A DNA stretch of 64,000 nt from Escherichia coli (lineage in GTDB: Bacteria > Pseudomonadota > Gammaproteobacteria > Enterobacterales > Enterobacteriaceae). Positions 49,594 through 60,490 of this stretch are shown one piece after another. The notes under the pieces were generated by a model. It had not been told where the DNA came from and searched no databases. It saw nothing but the letters and a program-made list of their open reading frames with translations. The DNA lies in assembly GCF_017348835.2 (NCBI RefSeq), contig NZ_CP071375.1. One strand, written 5' to 3'. Within the stretch, counting starts at the first letter, position 1. Each line of letters opens with the position of its first letter. The position numbers and the translations under genes are program-made.

Positions 49594-52140
49594 TTGTACC
49601 TCTATATTGAGACTCTGAAACAGAGACTGGATGCCATAAATCAATTGCGTGTGGATCGCGCGCTTGCTGCTATGGGGCCTGCATTCCAACAGGTCTACAG
49701 TCTACTGCCGACATTGTTGCACTATCACCATCCGCTAATGCCGGGTTACCTTGATGGTAACGTTCCCAAAGGCATTTGCCTTTACACGCCTGATGAAACT
49801 CAACGCCACTACCTGAACGAGCTTGAACTGTATCGTGGAATGTCAGTACAGGACCCGCCGAAAGGTGAGCTTCCAATTACTGGTGTATACACCATGGGCA
49901 GCACTTCGTCCGTAGGGCAAAGTTGTTCCTCTGACCTGGATATCTGGGTCTGTCATCAATCCTGGCTCGATAGCGAAGAGCGCCAGTTGCTACAACGTAA
50001 ATGTAGTCTGCTGGAAAGCTGGGCCGCCTCGCTGGGTGTGGAAGTCAGCTTCTTCCTGATTGATGAAAACCGCTTCCGTCATAATGAAAGCGGCAGCCTG
50101 GGGGGCGAAGATTGTGGCTCCACCCAGCATATACTGCTGCTTGACGAATTTTATCGTACCGCCGTGCGTCTCGCCGGTAAGCGTATTCTGTGGAATATGG
50201 TGCCGTGCGACGAAGAAGAGCATTACGACGACTATGTGATGACGCTTTACGCGCAGGGCGTGCTGACGCCAAATGAATGGCTGGATCTTGGTGGCTTAAG
50301 CTCGCTTTCTGCTGAAGAGTACTTTGGTGCCAGCCTTTGGCAGCTCTACAAGAGTATCGATTCCCCATACAAAGCGGTGCTGAAAACACTGCTGCTGGAA
50401 GCCTATTCCTGGGAATACCCGAACCCACGTCTGCTGGCGAAAGATATCAAACAGCGTTTGCACGACGGCGAGATTGTATCGTTTGGCCTCGATCCGTACT
50501 GCATGATGCTGGAGCGTGTTACTGAATACCTGACGGCGATTGAAGATTTCACCCGTCTGGATTTAGTACGTCGCTGCTTCTATTTAAAAGTGTGCGAAAA
50601 GCTCAGCCGTGAACGCGCCTGCGTAGGCTGGCGTCGCGCAGTGTTGAGCCAGTTAGTGAGCGAGTGGGGTTGGGACGAAGCTCGTCTGGCAATGCTCGAT
50701 AACCGCGCTAACTGGAAGATTGATCAGGTGCGTGAGGCGCACAACGAGTTGCTCGACGCGATGATGCAGAGCTACCGTAATCTGATCCGCTTTGCGCGTC
50801 GCAATAACCTTAGCGTCTCCGCCAGTCCGCAGGATATCGGCGTACTGACGCGTAAACTGTATGCCGCGTTTGAAGCATTACCAGGTAAAGTGACGCTGGT
50901 AAACCCGCAGATTTCACCCGATCTCTCGGAACCGAATCTGACCTTTATTTATGTGCCGCCGGGCCGGGCTAACCGTTCAGGTTGGTATCTGTATAACCGC
51001 GCGCCAAATATTGAGTCGATCATCAGCCATCAGCCGCTGGAATATAACCGTTACCTGAATAAACTGGTGGCGTGGGCATGGTTTAACGGCCTGCTGACCT
51101 CGCGCACCCGTTTGTATATTAAAGGTAACGGCATTGTCGATTTGCCTAAGTTGCAGGAAATGGTCGCCGATGTGTCACACCATTTTCCGCTGCGCCTACC
51201 TGCACCGACGCCAAAAGCGCTCTACAGCCCATGTGAGATTCGCCATCTGGCGATTATCGTTAACCTGGAATATGACCCGACAGCTGCGTTCCGCAATCAG
51301 GTGGTGCATTTTGATTTCCGTAAGCTGGATGTCTTCAGCTTTGGCGAGAATCAAAATTGCCTGGTAGGTAGCGTTGACCTGCTGTATCGCAACTCGTGGA
51401 ACGAAGTGCGTACGCTGCACTTCAACGGCGAGCAATCGATGATCGAAGCCCTGAAAACTATTCTCGGCAAAATGCATCAGGACGCCGCACCGCCAGATAG
51501 CGTGGAAGTCTTCTGTTATAGCCAGCATCTGCGCGGGTTAATCCGTACTCGCGTGCAGCAACTGGTTTCTGAGTGTATTGAACTGCGCCTTTCCAGCACC
51601 CGCCAGGAAACCGGGCGTTTCAAGGCGCTGCGCGTTTCTGGTCAAACCTGGGGGTTGTTCTTCGAACGCCTGAATGTATCGGTACAGAAACTGGAAAACG
51701 CCATCGAGTTTTATGGCGCTATTTCGCATAACAAACTGCACGGCCTGTCAGTGCAGGTTGAAACCAATCACGTCAAATTACCGGCGGTGGTAGACGGCTT
51801 TGCCAGCGAAGGGATCATCCAGTTCTTTTTCGAAGAAACGCAAGACGAGAATGGCTTTAATATCTACATTCTTGACGAAAGCAACCGGGTTGAGGTGTAT
51901 CACCACTGCGAAGGCAGCAAAGAGGAGCTGGTACGTGACGTCAGTCGCTTCTACTCGTCATCGCACGACCGCTTCACCTACGGCTCAAGCTTCATCAACT
52001 TCAACCTGCCGCAGTTCTATCAGATTGTGAAGGTTGATGGTCGCGAACAGGTGATTCCGTTCCGCACCAAATCTATCGGCAACATGCCGCCTGCCAATCA
52101 GGATCACGACACGCCGCTATTACAGCAGTATTTTTCGTGA
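49594..52140 (+). CDS. cyaA: Class I adenylate cyclase
   Basis: 848 aa with a TTG start (TTGTACCTCTATATTGAG = MYLYIE...). Confidence 0.96.
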   Translation: MYLYIETLKQRLDAINQLRVDRALAAMGPAFQQVYSLLPTLLHYHHPLMPGYLDGNVPKGICLYTPDETQRHYLNELELYRGMSVQDPPKGELPITGVYTMGSTSSVGQSCSSDLDIWVCHQSWLDSEERQLLQRKCSLLESWAASLGVEVSFFLIDENRFRHNESGSLGGEDCGSTQHILLLDEFYRTAVRLAGKRILWNMVPCDEEEHYDDYVMTLYAQGVLTPNEWLDLGGLSSLSAEEYFGASLWQLYKSIDSPYKAVLKTLLLEAYSWEYPNPRLLAKDIKQRLHDGEIVSFGLDPYCMMLERVTEYLTAIEDFTRLDLVRRCFYLKVCEKLSRERACVGWRRAVLSQLVSEWGWDEARLAMLDNRANWKIDQVREAHNELLDAMMQSYRNLIRFARRNNLSVSASPQDIGVLTRKLYAAFEALPGKVTLVNPQISPDLSEPNLTFIYVPPGRANRSGWYLYNRAPNIESIISHQPLEYNRYLNKLVAWAWFNGLLTSRTRLYIKGNGIVDLPKLQEMVADVSHHFPLRLPAPTPKALYSPCEIRHLAIIVNLEYDPTAAFRNQVVHFDFRKLDVFSFGENQNCLVGSVDLLYRNSWNEVRTLHFNGEQSMIEALKTILGKMHQDAAPPDSVEVFCYSQHLRGLIRTRVQQLVSECIELRLSSTRQETGRFKALRVSGQTWGLFFERLNVSVQKLENAIEFYGAISHNKLHGLSVQVETNHVKLPAVVDGFASEGIIQFFFEETQDENGFNIYILDESNRVEVYHHCEGSKEELVRDVSRFYSSSHDRFTYGSSFINFNLPQFYQIVKVDGREQVIPFRTKSIGNMPPANQDHDTPLLQQYFS

Positions 52141-52179
52141 TGAACGTGCCGGAAAGCGAGGCTTATCCGGCATGCAATC

Positions 52180-52500
52180 TTAGCGGAAACTGACTGTTTC
52201 ACCCGCCTGCTGCGTCGCTGCCTGTTCCAGCAAATCCCAGAAGGTTTCGCCGCTGCGATCGCAAATCCACTCATCGCCTTTCAGATCAAAATGGTAGCCG
52301 CCTTGTTTGGTTGCCAGCCATACCTGGTGCAGCGGCTCCTGGCGGTTGATAATGATTTTGCTGCCATTCTCAAAGGTAATGGTCAGCACGCCGCCGTTGA
52401 TTTCGCAGTCGATATCGCTGTCGCCATCCCAGTCGTCCAGGCGTTCTTCAATGGTCAGCCAGAGTTGATCAGCCAGGCGATGAAATTCACTGTCGTTCAT
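52180..52500 (-). CDS. cyaY: Frataxin homolog CyaY
   Basis: 106 aa [54 protein letters not shown]... Confidence 0.96.
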
Positions 52501-52962
52501 TGTTGTATCCTGTTTTTAAGTGATGGCGGCAGTATAGCGGCATGGGGGCAGGGCTTCAAAGTTTGCACCTCTGCGGCTGCGTTCCGGCACGATTCATCCG
52601 TCACCGGAATAATGATGTCTCTGTGTAGCGAAAGATTTGTCTCTTCATTAGGGCGCAGTTACACCACGCCTTTCCCTGTTTCTGGTAAACATTATGATCA
52701 GGTTTACCGAGCGAGCATCCTCACGCTGACGGAACTAAAAAAGCCAACAAACAAACCACATTGCGATAGTGCATAAAGCCATCCTGGCGCGAGGTGACGA
52801 TCACGAAACTACCAGCAAAACATAAATCCCCACGAGTAAGCGTTATACTCGCAGCATTTCCTCACTTTTCAGACTTCATAAAGAGTCGCTAAACGCTTGC
52901 TTTTACGCCTTCTCCTGCGATGATAGAAAGCAGAAAGCGATGAACTTTACAGGCAATCCATA

Positions 52963-53166
52963 ATGAAAAACGTGTTTAAGGCACTTACTGTATTACTTAC
53001 TCTCTTCAGCCTGACGGGTTGCGGTCTGAAAGGTCCGCTCTATTTCCCGCCTGCAGATAAAAACGCGCCACCGCCGACCAAACCGGTAGAGACTCAAACG
53101 CAATCCACGTTGCCGGATAAAAACGATCGCGCCACTGGCGATGGTCCATCCCAGGTGAATTACTAA
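52963..53166 (+). CDS. lptM: Small lipoprotein LptM (YifL)
   Basis: 67 aa. Lipobox LTGC (MKNVFKALTVLLTLFSLTG|C) and a Pro-rich mature part. Confidence 0.9.
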   Translation: MKNVFKALTVLLTLFSLTGCGLKGPLYFPPADKNAPPPTKPVETQTQSTLPDKNDRATGDGPSQVNY

Positions 53167-53202
53167 AAGTCAGTTTCTGTACCCGCGTGATTGGAGTAAA
53201 TG

Positions 53203-54027
53203 ATGCAGTTCTCGAAAATGCATGGCCTTGGCAACGATTTTATGGTCGTCGACGCGGTAACGCAGAATGTCTTTTTTTCACCGGAGCTGATTCGTCGCCT
53301 GGCGGATCGGCACCTGGGGGTAGGGTTTGACCAGCTGCTGGTGGTTGAGCCGCCGTATGATCCTGAACTGGATTTTCACTATCGCATTTTCAATGCTGAT
53401 GGCAGTGAAGTGGCGCAGTGCGGCAACGGTGCGCGCTGCTTTGCCCGTTTTGTGCGCCTGAAAGGGCTGACCAATAAGCGCGATATCCGCGTCAGCACCG
53501 CCAACGGGCGGATGGTTCTGACCGTCACCGATGATGATCTGGTCCGCGTAAATATGGGCGAACCCAACTTCGAACCTTCCGCTGTGCCGTTTCGCGCTAA
53601 CAAAGCGGAAAAGACCTATATTATGCGCGCCGCCGAGCAGACAATCTTATGCGGCGTGGTGTCGATGGGAAATCCGCATTGCGTGATTCAGGTCGATGAT
53701 GTCGATACCGCGGCGGTAGAAACGCTTGGTCCTGTTTTGGAAAGCCACGAGCGTTTTCCGGAGCGAGCCAATATCGGTTTTATGCAAGTGGTTAAGCGCG
53801 AGCATATTCGTTTACGCGTTTATGAGCGTGGGGCAGGAGAAACCCAGGCCTGCGGCAGCGGCGCGTGTGCGGCGGTTGCAGTAGGGATTCAGCAAGGTTT
53901 GCTGGCCGAAGAAGTACGCGTGGAACTCCCCGGCGGTCGTCTTGATATCGCCTGGAAAGGTCCGGGTCACCCGTTATATATGACTGGCCCGGCGGTACAT
54001 GTCTACGACGGATTTATTCATCTATGA
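53203..54027 (+). CDS. dapF: Diaminopimelate epimerase
   Basis: 274 aa from the second ATG ([17 protein letters not shown]). Catalytic Cys motifs QCGNGARC and ACGSGACA. Confidence 0.95.
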
Positions 54028-54731
54028 AGCAACCAGGGGAAGAACTGCAGGAAACACTCACGGAGCTTGATGACCGGGCGGTTGTCGATTATCTGATTAA
54101 AAATCCTGAGTTTTTTATCCGCAATGCGCGCGCAGTAGAAGCGATACGTGTGCCGCATCCGGTACGCGGCACCGTTTCGTTGGTCGAGTGGCACATGGCC
54201 CGCGCACGTAATCATATTCATGTTCTGGAAGAGAACATGGCGCTGTTGATGGAACAGGCTATCGCCAACGAAGGCCTGTTTTATCGCCTACTCTACCTGC
54301 AGCGCAGTCTCACCGCCGCCAGCAGTCTCGACGATATGCTGATGCGCTTTCACCGCTGGGCGCGCGATCTCGGCCTGGCAGGTGCGAGTCTGCGCCTGTT
54401 TCCGGATCGCTGGCGCTTAGGTGCGCCGTCGAACCACACTCATCTGGCATTAAGCCGTCAGTCTTTCGAACCGCTGCGTATTCAGCGTTTGGGGCAGGAA
54501 CAGCACTATCTTGGGCCGCTTAACGGACCAGAGCTGCTGGTGGTGCTACCGGAAGCGAAAGCGGTGGGATCGGTGGCGATGTCGATGCTGGGAAGCGATG
54601 CTGATTTGGGTATTGTGCTGTTTACCAGTCGCGATGCCAGTCACTATCAACAAGGGCAGGGAACGCAGTTACTTCATGAAATTGCGCTGATGTTGCCGGA
54701 GCTTCTGGAGCGTTGGATTGAACGCGTATGA
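54024..54731 (+). CDS. yigA: DUF484 family protein YigA
   Basis: 235 aa. ATGA overlap with dapF and overlap with xerC. Conserved dapF-yigA-xerC-yigB arrangement. Confidence 0.88.
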
Positions 54732-55624
54732 CCGATTTACACACCGATGTAAAACGCTACCTACGTTATCTGAGCGTGGAGCGTCAGCTTAGCCCGATAA
54801 CCCTGCTTAACTACCAGCGTCAGCTTGAGGCGATCATCAATTTTGCCAGCGAAAACGGCCTGCAAAGCTGGCAACAATGCGATGCAGCGATGGTACGCAA
54901 TTTTGCTGTACGCAGTCGCCGTAAAGGGCTGGGAGCAGCAAGTCTGGCGTTACGGCTTTCTGCACTACGTAGCTTTTTTGACTGGCTGGTCAGCCTGAAC
55001 GAACTCAAAGCTAACCCGGCGAAAGGAGTTTCGGCACCGAAAGCGCCGCGTCATCTGCCGAAAAACATCGACGTCGACGATATGAATCGGCTGCTGGATA
55101 TTGATATCAACGATCCCCTCGCTGTACGCGACCGTGCAATGCTGGAAGTGATGTACGGCGCGGGTCTGCGTCTTTCCGAGTTGGTGGGGCTGGATATCAA
55201 ACACCTCGACCTGGAGTCTGGTGAAGTGTGGGTAATGGGGAAAGGCAGCAAAGAGCGCCGCCTGCCGATTGGTCGCAACGCTGTGGCGTGGATTGAGCAC
55301 TGGCTTGATTTGCGCGACCTGTTTGGTAGCGAAGACGACGCGCTTTTTCTGTCGAAACTGGGCAAGCGTATCTCCGCGCGTAATGTGCAGAAACGCTTTG
55401 CCGAATGGGGCATAAAACAAGGGCTGAATAATCACGTTCACCCGCATAAATTACGTCACTCGTTCGCTACGCATATGCTGGAGTCGAGCGGCGATCTTCG
55501 TGGTGTGCAGGAGCTGCTGGGTCATGCCAACCTCTCCACCACGCAAATCTATACTCATCTTGATTTTCAACACCTTGCCTCGGTGTACGATGCGGCGCAT
55601 CCACGCGCCAAACGGGGGAAATAA
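54728..55624 (+). CDS. xerC: Tyrosine recombinase XerC (chromosome dimer resolution)
   Basis: 298 aa. Catalytic signature ...GLRLSE..., [27 protein letters not shown]. Confidence 0.96.
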   Translation: MTDLHTDVKRYLRYLSVERQLSPITLLNYQRQLEAIINFASENGLQSWQQCDAAMVRNFAVRSRRKGLGAASLALRLSALRSFFDWLVSLNELKANPAKGVSAPKAPRHLPKNIDVDDMNRLLDIDINDPLAVRDRAMLEVMYGAGLRLSELVGLDIKHLDLESGEVWVMGKGSKERRLPIGRNAVAWIEHWLDLRDLFGSEDDALFLSKLGKRISARNVQKRFAEWGIKQGLNNHVHPHKLRHSFATHMLESSGDLRGVQELLGHANLSTTQIYTHLDFQHLASVYDAAHPRAKRGK

Positions 55625-56340
55625 TGCGTTTTTACCGGCCTTTGGGGCGCATCTCGGCGCTCACCTTTGACCTGGATGATACCCTTTACGATAACCGTCC
55701 GGTGATTTTGCGCACCGAGCGAGAGGCGCTTACCTTTGTGCAAAATTATCATCCGGCGCTGCGCAGCTTCCAGAATGAAGATCTGCAACGCCTGCGCCAG
55801 GCGGTACGGGAAGCGGAACCCGAGATTTATCACGACGTGACGCGTTGGCGTTTTCGTTCGATTGAACAAGCGATGCTCGACGCCGGGCTGAGTGCCGAAG
55901 AAGCCAGTGCAGGCGCACACGCAGCAATGATTAGCTTTGCCAAATGGCGCAGCCGAATCGACGTCCCGCAGCAAACTCACGACACCTTAAAACAGCTGGC
56001 GAAGAAATGGCCGCTGGTGGCGATCACCAACGGTAACGCCCAGCCGGAACTGTTTGGTTTGGGGGATTATTTTGAGTTTGTGCTGCGCGCTGGCCCGCAC
56101 GGGCGCTCAAAACCGTTCAGCGATATGTACTTTTTGGCTGCGGAAAAACTCAACGTGCCGATCGGCGAGATCTTACATGTTGGGGACGATCTCACCACTG
56201 ACGTGGGTGGGGCAATTCGCAGCGGAATGCAGGCTTGTTGGATCAGACCGGAAAATGGCGATCTGATGCAAACCTGGGACAGCCGTTTACTGCCGCATCT
56301 GGAAATTTCCCGGTTGGCATCTCTGACCTCGCTGATATAA
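55624..56340 (+). CDS. yigB: HAD-superfamily phosphatase YigB (5-amino-6-(5-phospho-D-ribitylamino)uracil phosphatase)
   Basis: 238 aa. HAD motif I FDLDDTLY and motif IV VGDD. Confidence 0.9.
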   Translation: MRFYRPLGRISALTFDLDDTLYDNRPVILRTEREALTFVQNYHPALRSFQNEDLQRLRQAVREAEPEIYHDVTRWRFRSIEQAMLDAGLSAEEASAGAHAAMISFAKWRSRIDVPQQTHDTLKQLAKKWPLVAITNGNAQPELFGLGDYFEFVLRAGPHGRSKPFSDMYFLAAEKLNVPIGEILHVGDDLTTDVGGAIRSGMQACWIRPENGDLMQTWDSRLLPHLEISRLASLTSLI

Positions 56341-56349
56341 TCAGCAAAT

Positions 56350-56365
56350 CTGTATATATACCCAG
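56350..56365. promoter_or_regulatory. LexA (SOS) box of uvrD
   Basis: CTGTATATATACCCAG matches CTGT-N8-ACAG apart from one mismatch in the right half-site (CCAG for ACAG), about 60 nt upstream of the uvrD ATG. Confidence 0.8.
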
Positions 56366-56423
56366 CTTTTTGGCGGAGGGCGTTGCGCTTCTCCGCCCAA
56401 CCTATTTTTACGCGGCGGTGCCA

Positions 56424-58586
56424 ATGGACGTTTCTTACCTGCTCGACAGCCTTAATGACAAACAGCGCGAAGCGGTGGCCGCGCCACGCAGCAACCTTCT
56501 GGTGCTGGCGGGCGCGGGCAGTGGTAAGACGCGCGTACTGGTGCATCGTATCGCCTGGCTGATGAGCGTGGAAAACTGCTCGCCATACTCGATTATGGCT
56601 GTGACGTTTACCAACAAAGCGGCGGCGGAGATGCGTCATCGTATCGGGCAACTGATGGGCACCAGCCAGGGCGGCATGTGGGTAGGCACCTTCCACGGGC
56701 TGGCGCACCGCCTGCTGCGTGCGCACCATATGGACGCCAATCTGCCGCAGGATTTCCAGATCCTCGACAGTGAAGACCAGCTACGCCTGCTTAAGCGTCT
56801 GATCAAAGCCATGAACCTCGACGAGAAGCAGTGGCCGCCGCGCCAGGCAATGTGGTACATCAACAGCCAGAAAGATGAAGGCCTGCGTCCGCATCATATT
56901 CAAAGCTACGGTAATCCGGTGGAGCAGACCTGGCAGAAGGTGTATCAGGCGTATCAGGAAGCGTGCGATCGTGCGGGTCTGGTGGACTTCGCCGAGCTGC
57001 TGCTGCGCGCTCACGAGTTGTGGCTTAACAAGCCGCATATCCTGCAACACTACCGCGAACGTTTTACTAACATCCTGGTGGACGAATTCCAGGATACCAA
57101 CAACATTCAGTACGCGTGGATCCGCCTGCTGGCGGGCGACACCGGCAAAGTGATGATCGTCGGTGATGACGACCAGTCAATCTACGGCTGGCGCGGGGCG
57201 CAGGTGGAGAATATTCAGCGTTTCCTTAATGATTTCCCCGGTGCTGAAACTATCCGTCTGGAGCAGAACTACCGCTCTACCAGCAATATTCTGAGCGCCG
57301 CGAACGCCCTGATTGAAAACAATAACGGGCGTCTGGGTAAAAAACTGTGGACCGATGGCGCGGACGGTGAGCCTATTTCCCTCTATTGCGCTTTTAACGA
57401 ACTCGATGAAGCGCGTTTTGTGGTTAACCGCATCAAAACCTGGCAGGACAACGGCGGGGCGCTTGCCGAGTGCGCCATTCTCTACCGCAGTAACGCCCAG
57501 TCGCGTGTGCTGGAAGAAGCACTGTTGCAGGCGAGTATGCCGTACCGTATTTACGGCGGGATGCGCTTCTTCGAACGCCAGGAAATCAAAGATGCGCTCT
57601 CGTATCTGCGCTTGATTGCCAACCGTAACGACGACGCGGCCTTTGAGCGTGTGGTGAATACGCCAACGCGGGGTATTGGTGACCGGACGCTGGACGTGGT
57701 ACGTCAGACATCGCGCGATCGCCAGTTAACACTCTGGCAGGCATGTCGTGAACTGTTGCAGGAAAAAGCCCTCGCCGGACGTGCTGCCAGCGCCTTACAG
57801 CGGTTTATGGAACTGATCGACGCCTTAGCGCAGGAAACTGCCGATATGCCGCTACATGTACAGACTGACCGGGTAATTAAAGACTCCGGCCTGCGCACCA
57901 TGTACGAGCAGGAGAAGGGCGAAAAAGGTCAGACGCGTATCGAAAACCTGGAGGAATTGGTGACGGCAACGCGCCAGTTCAGCTACAACGAAGAAGACGA
58001 AGATTTAATGCCGCTGCAGGCATTCCTCTCCCATGCGGCACTGGAAGCAGGTGAAGGGCAGGCGGATACCTGGCAGGACGCGGTGCAGTTGATGACGCTA
58101 CACTCGGCGAAAGGTCTGGAGTTTCCTCAGGTGTTTATCGTTGGTATGGAAGAGGGCATGTTCCCAAGCCAGATGTCGCTGGATGAAGGCGGGCGTCTGG
58201 AAGAAGAACGCCGTCTGGCCTACGTTGGCGTAACCCGCGCGATGCAGAAACTGACGCTGACCTACGCGGAAACTCGCCGTCTGTATGGCAAAGAGGTTTA
58301 CCATCGCCCGTCGCGCTTTATCGGCGAGCTGCCGGAAGAGTGTGTGGAAGAGGTGCGCCTGCGCGCCACGGTAAGCCGCCCGGTTAGCCATCAGCGGATG
58401 GGTACGCCGATGGTCGAGAACGACAGCGGCTACAAGCTCGGCCAGCGTGTACGCCACGCTAAGTTTGGTGAAGGCACCATCGTCAATATGGAAGGCTGCG
58501 GTGAACATAGCCGTTTGCAGGTGGCGTTCCAGGGCCAGGGAATCAAATGGCTGGTGGCGGCTTACGCCCGGCTGGAGACGGTGTAA
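56424..58586 (+). CDS. uvrD: DNA helicase II UvrD
   Basis: The internal start [38 protein letters not shown] gives 720 aa. DEFQD motif II. Confidence 0.97.
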   Translation: MDVSYLLDSLNDKQREAVAAPRSNLLVLAGAGSGKTRVLVHRIAWLMSVENCSPYSIMAVTFTNKAAAEMRHRIGQLMGTSQGGMWVGTFHGLAHRLLRAHHMDANLPQDFQILDSEDQLRLLKRLIKAMNLDEKQWPPRQAMWYINSQKDEGLRPHHIQSYGNPVEQTWQKVYQAYQEACDRAGLVDFAELLLRAHELWLNKPHILQHYRERFTNILVDEFQDTNNIQYAWIRLLAGDTGKVMIVGDDDQSIYGWRGAQVENIQRFLNDFPGAETIRLEQNYRSTSNILSAANALIENNNGRLGKKLWTDGADGEPISLYCAFNELDEARFVVNRIKTWQDNGGALAECAILYRSNAQSRVLEEALLQASMPYRIYGGMRFFERQEIKDALSYLRLIANRNDDAAFERVVNTPTRGIGDRTLDVVRQTSRDRQLTLWQACRELLQEKALAGRAASALQRFMELIDALAQETADMPLHVQTDRVIKDSGLRTMYEQEKGEKGQTRIENLEELVTATRQFSYNEEDEDLMPLQAFLSHAALEAGEGQADTWQDAVQLMTLHSAKGLEFPQVFIVGMEEGMFPSQMSLDEGGRLEEERRLAYVGVTRAMQKLTLTYAETRRLYGKEVYHRPSRFIGELPEECVEEVRLRATVSRPVSHQRMGTPMVENDSGYKLGQRVRHAKFGEGTIVNMEGCGEHSRLQVAFQGQGIKWLVAAYARLETV

Positions 58587-58600
58587 TTTACAACTCCGTT

Positions 58601-58631
58601 GCCGGATGCGGTGCGCCACACCGCATCCGGC
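58601..58631. terminator. REP-like hairpin, a bidirectional terminator between uvrD and the convergent DUF62 gene
   Basis: GCCGGATGCGGTG-CGCCA-CACCGCATCCGGC, a perfect 13 bp stem. Confidence 0.7.
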
Positions 58632-58640
58632 ATCAGCACC

Positions 58641-59543
58641 TTACTTAGCGCACTTCTTCACATCAATATTCCAGTCAGCACCAGACGCAACCTGATGTTT
58701 CTGCGCGAAATTATCCATATTCAGCGCCACGGAAACATTCAATAAGCTGTTCAGATAGACCATCGGCTGGCCTTCCGGCACATCGCCGAAGCTTGCGACA
58801 TACGGCATTTTCCCTGCGTATTTTTGCCGGGAACCTTCGGAAATGGTCACACACAACGTGTCGTTGAGTTTGATCCCCGCCTGATTCAGCAACTCGTCGC
58901 TGATATTGCTCCAGACGTTGCCGTACTGAATATCGAGAATCGGGATATTGCCCTTCACTTCACCTTTTGTTGCTTTGGCTTTCTGATAAGAAAGTTCGAC
59001 AACTTTTGCAGGAAGCTCTGGCCCCACCTGTTCGAACGTGATCGCCCCGGAAGCCAGACGCGCACCGGTGTAGGCATACACATCACGACCGTGGAAGGTA
59101 TATGACTTTTCGGAACCTTTCAGGCGGTTGGTTTTTTCATCGATTTGCCGGACGCTCTCAATACCCAGCGATTCCGCCACCAAAGTGAGCGTACCGTTAT
59201 CTGGTGAAACGAAGTATTGACCGTTTTTGGTTTTCAGCACTACCGATTTACGGTCTGTACCAACACCAGGATCGACCACACTGACAAATACCGAACCTTG
59301 CGGCCAGTAACTGGCGGTCTGATACAGGCGGTAAGCGCCTTCCCAGATGTTATACGGTGGAATTTCGTGTGTTAAATCAAATATTTTAAGATTATGGTCA
59401 ACGCCGAAAGCGACCCCTTTCATCGCCGAGACGGCACCATCTTTCAGGCTAAAATCAGTTTGTAAAATCAAAGCGTTATCCGCATAAGCGGATGATGATC
59501 CCAGACACGTTAATAAAAATAACGTTGCGAGCGTTTTTTTCAT
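58641..59543 (-). CDS. Exported DUF62 / SAM hydroxide adenosyltransferase-family protein (fluorinase-chlorinase superfamily); not in K-12 as far as I recall
   Basis: 300 aa. Signal peptide MKKTLATLFLLTCLGSSSAYA|DN. Family motifs LQTDFSLKDGAVSAMKGV, THEIPPYNI, VVDPGVGT, SPDNG and TFHGRDVYA. AAGGGA SD 8 nt upstream of the ATG. Confidence 0.85.
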   Translation of the reverse strand: MKKTLATLFLLTCLGSSSAYADNALILQTDFSLKDGAVSAMKGVAFGVDHNLKIFDLTHEIPPYNIWEGAYRLYQTASYWPQGSVFVSVVDPGVGTDRKSVVLKTKNGQYFVSPDNGTLTLVAESLGIESVRQIDEKTNRLKGSEKSYTFHGRDVYAYTGARLASGAITFEQVGPELPAKVVELSYQKAKATKGEVKGNIPILDIQYGNVWSNISDELLNQAGIKLNDTLCVTISEGSRQKYAGKMPYVASFGDVPEGQPMVYLNSLLNVSVALNMDNFAQKHQVASGADWNIDVKKCAK

Positions 59544-59625
59544 TTTTGTTTCCCTTCATTTATCTGATGATTTTCCAGCTGTGTAGCCAGCCCCAGTTTG
59601 TCTGGCCTCCTCGAGTGTACAATGC

Positions 59626-60390
59626 TTAACCTTTCCGCTCGACGGAAATCATGGTGACAAAAGGATAGCGTTGCCACGGGATTGCCCCGCCTTTCATATA
59701 CATATGTGAAATCGTGCCATCAAGATAAAGCAGCTGCTCAACGTTCAGTTTCGCTTTGGCATAACAGGCAAAATCATAAAAATTTGTCGCCTGCTGGCTC
59801 AACAAAAACACGGCATTCCCATGTTTATTAATCCCAACACCGTTACGAATTTTACGTGAGGCGACGTTGGGATGAATACGCGGATTAATTACACTGTTTT
59901 CCATCAACATTGGCCCTGACTGCACCGCAAACTGAATCTCTTTACTGGTTTTGAAGGCATCCAGACGAACGATGCCGACTTTATCTCCCGCGACATAAAA
60001 CACGCCGCCAGGACGGATAAAGAAATTCCCTTCACCTGAAGCGAGATTTAACGCCACCTTCTGCTGACCGTTTTCGATGTACAAACCGAGCGGCGCATAG
60101 CTTTCATCATAGATGCCGCCGTTCATCGCCATCTGCACCTGACCCTGACTATTCATATCCGCCAGCAGAGCATGTAAAGTTCCCCACGCTTCGCCATTGG
60201 CTTTTTGCCAGTACATTTTCACCCGCTCTGTTTGAGGATTAACGGTATACGCCTGTACGGTCAGCGTCGGATCTGAGAGTGCGCAATCATCAGCGGCAAC
60301 AGCAAACAAGGGAAGTAAGGTGAGGGCGAGAAAAATCCGTTTGAGATTCAAGGTGATCATTCCTTTACCAATGAGTAGCCGATGCGCCAT
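59626..60390 (-). CDS. yigE: Exported DUF2233 (phosphodiester glycosidase-like) protein YigE
   Basis: 254 aa. The alternative start MITLNLKRIFLALTLLPLFAVAA at 60360 gives a classical signal peptide. Ends 82 nt upstream of the DUF62 gene on the same strand. Confidence 0.88.
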   Translation of the reverse strand: MAHRLLIGKGMITLNLKRIFLALTLLPLFAVAADDCALSDPTLTVQAYTVNPQTERVKMYWQKANGEAWGTLHALLADMNSQGQVQMAMNGGIYDESYAPLGLYIENGQQKVALNLASGEGNFFIRPGGVFYVAGDKVGIVRLDAFKTSKEIQFAVQSGPMLMENSVINPRIHPNVASRKIRNGVGINKHGNAVFLLSQQATNFYDFACYAKAKLNVEQLLYLDGTISHMYMKGGAIPWQRYPFVTMISVERKG

Positions 60391-60490
60391 TATAGGTCCT
60401 GGATGTGGGATTTTTTTATCCTGTTAGCGACCTTGACGAGTACCAAAAAGCGCGAAGTTCAACTATTGTTCTGTGGTGTTCTGTTGCGTG

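Noticed and set aside
49360-49689. A 109 aa minus-strand ORF in the hemC-cyaA intergenic region.
   Set aside because: It overlaps the cyaA promoter, the CRP site and the first 30 cyaA codons in antisense. It has no SD and looks like a chance ORF.
54728-55624. A tyrosine recombinase gene, considered as a possible integrase marking a mobile element. The nearby-in-window four-tRNA cluster (40783-41219) was considered as an integration hotspot.
   Set aside because: It is housekeeping XerC, embedded in the conserved dapF-yigA-xerC-yigB operon. No att-like repeats, phage or IS genes flank either xerC or the tRNA operon.
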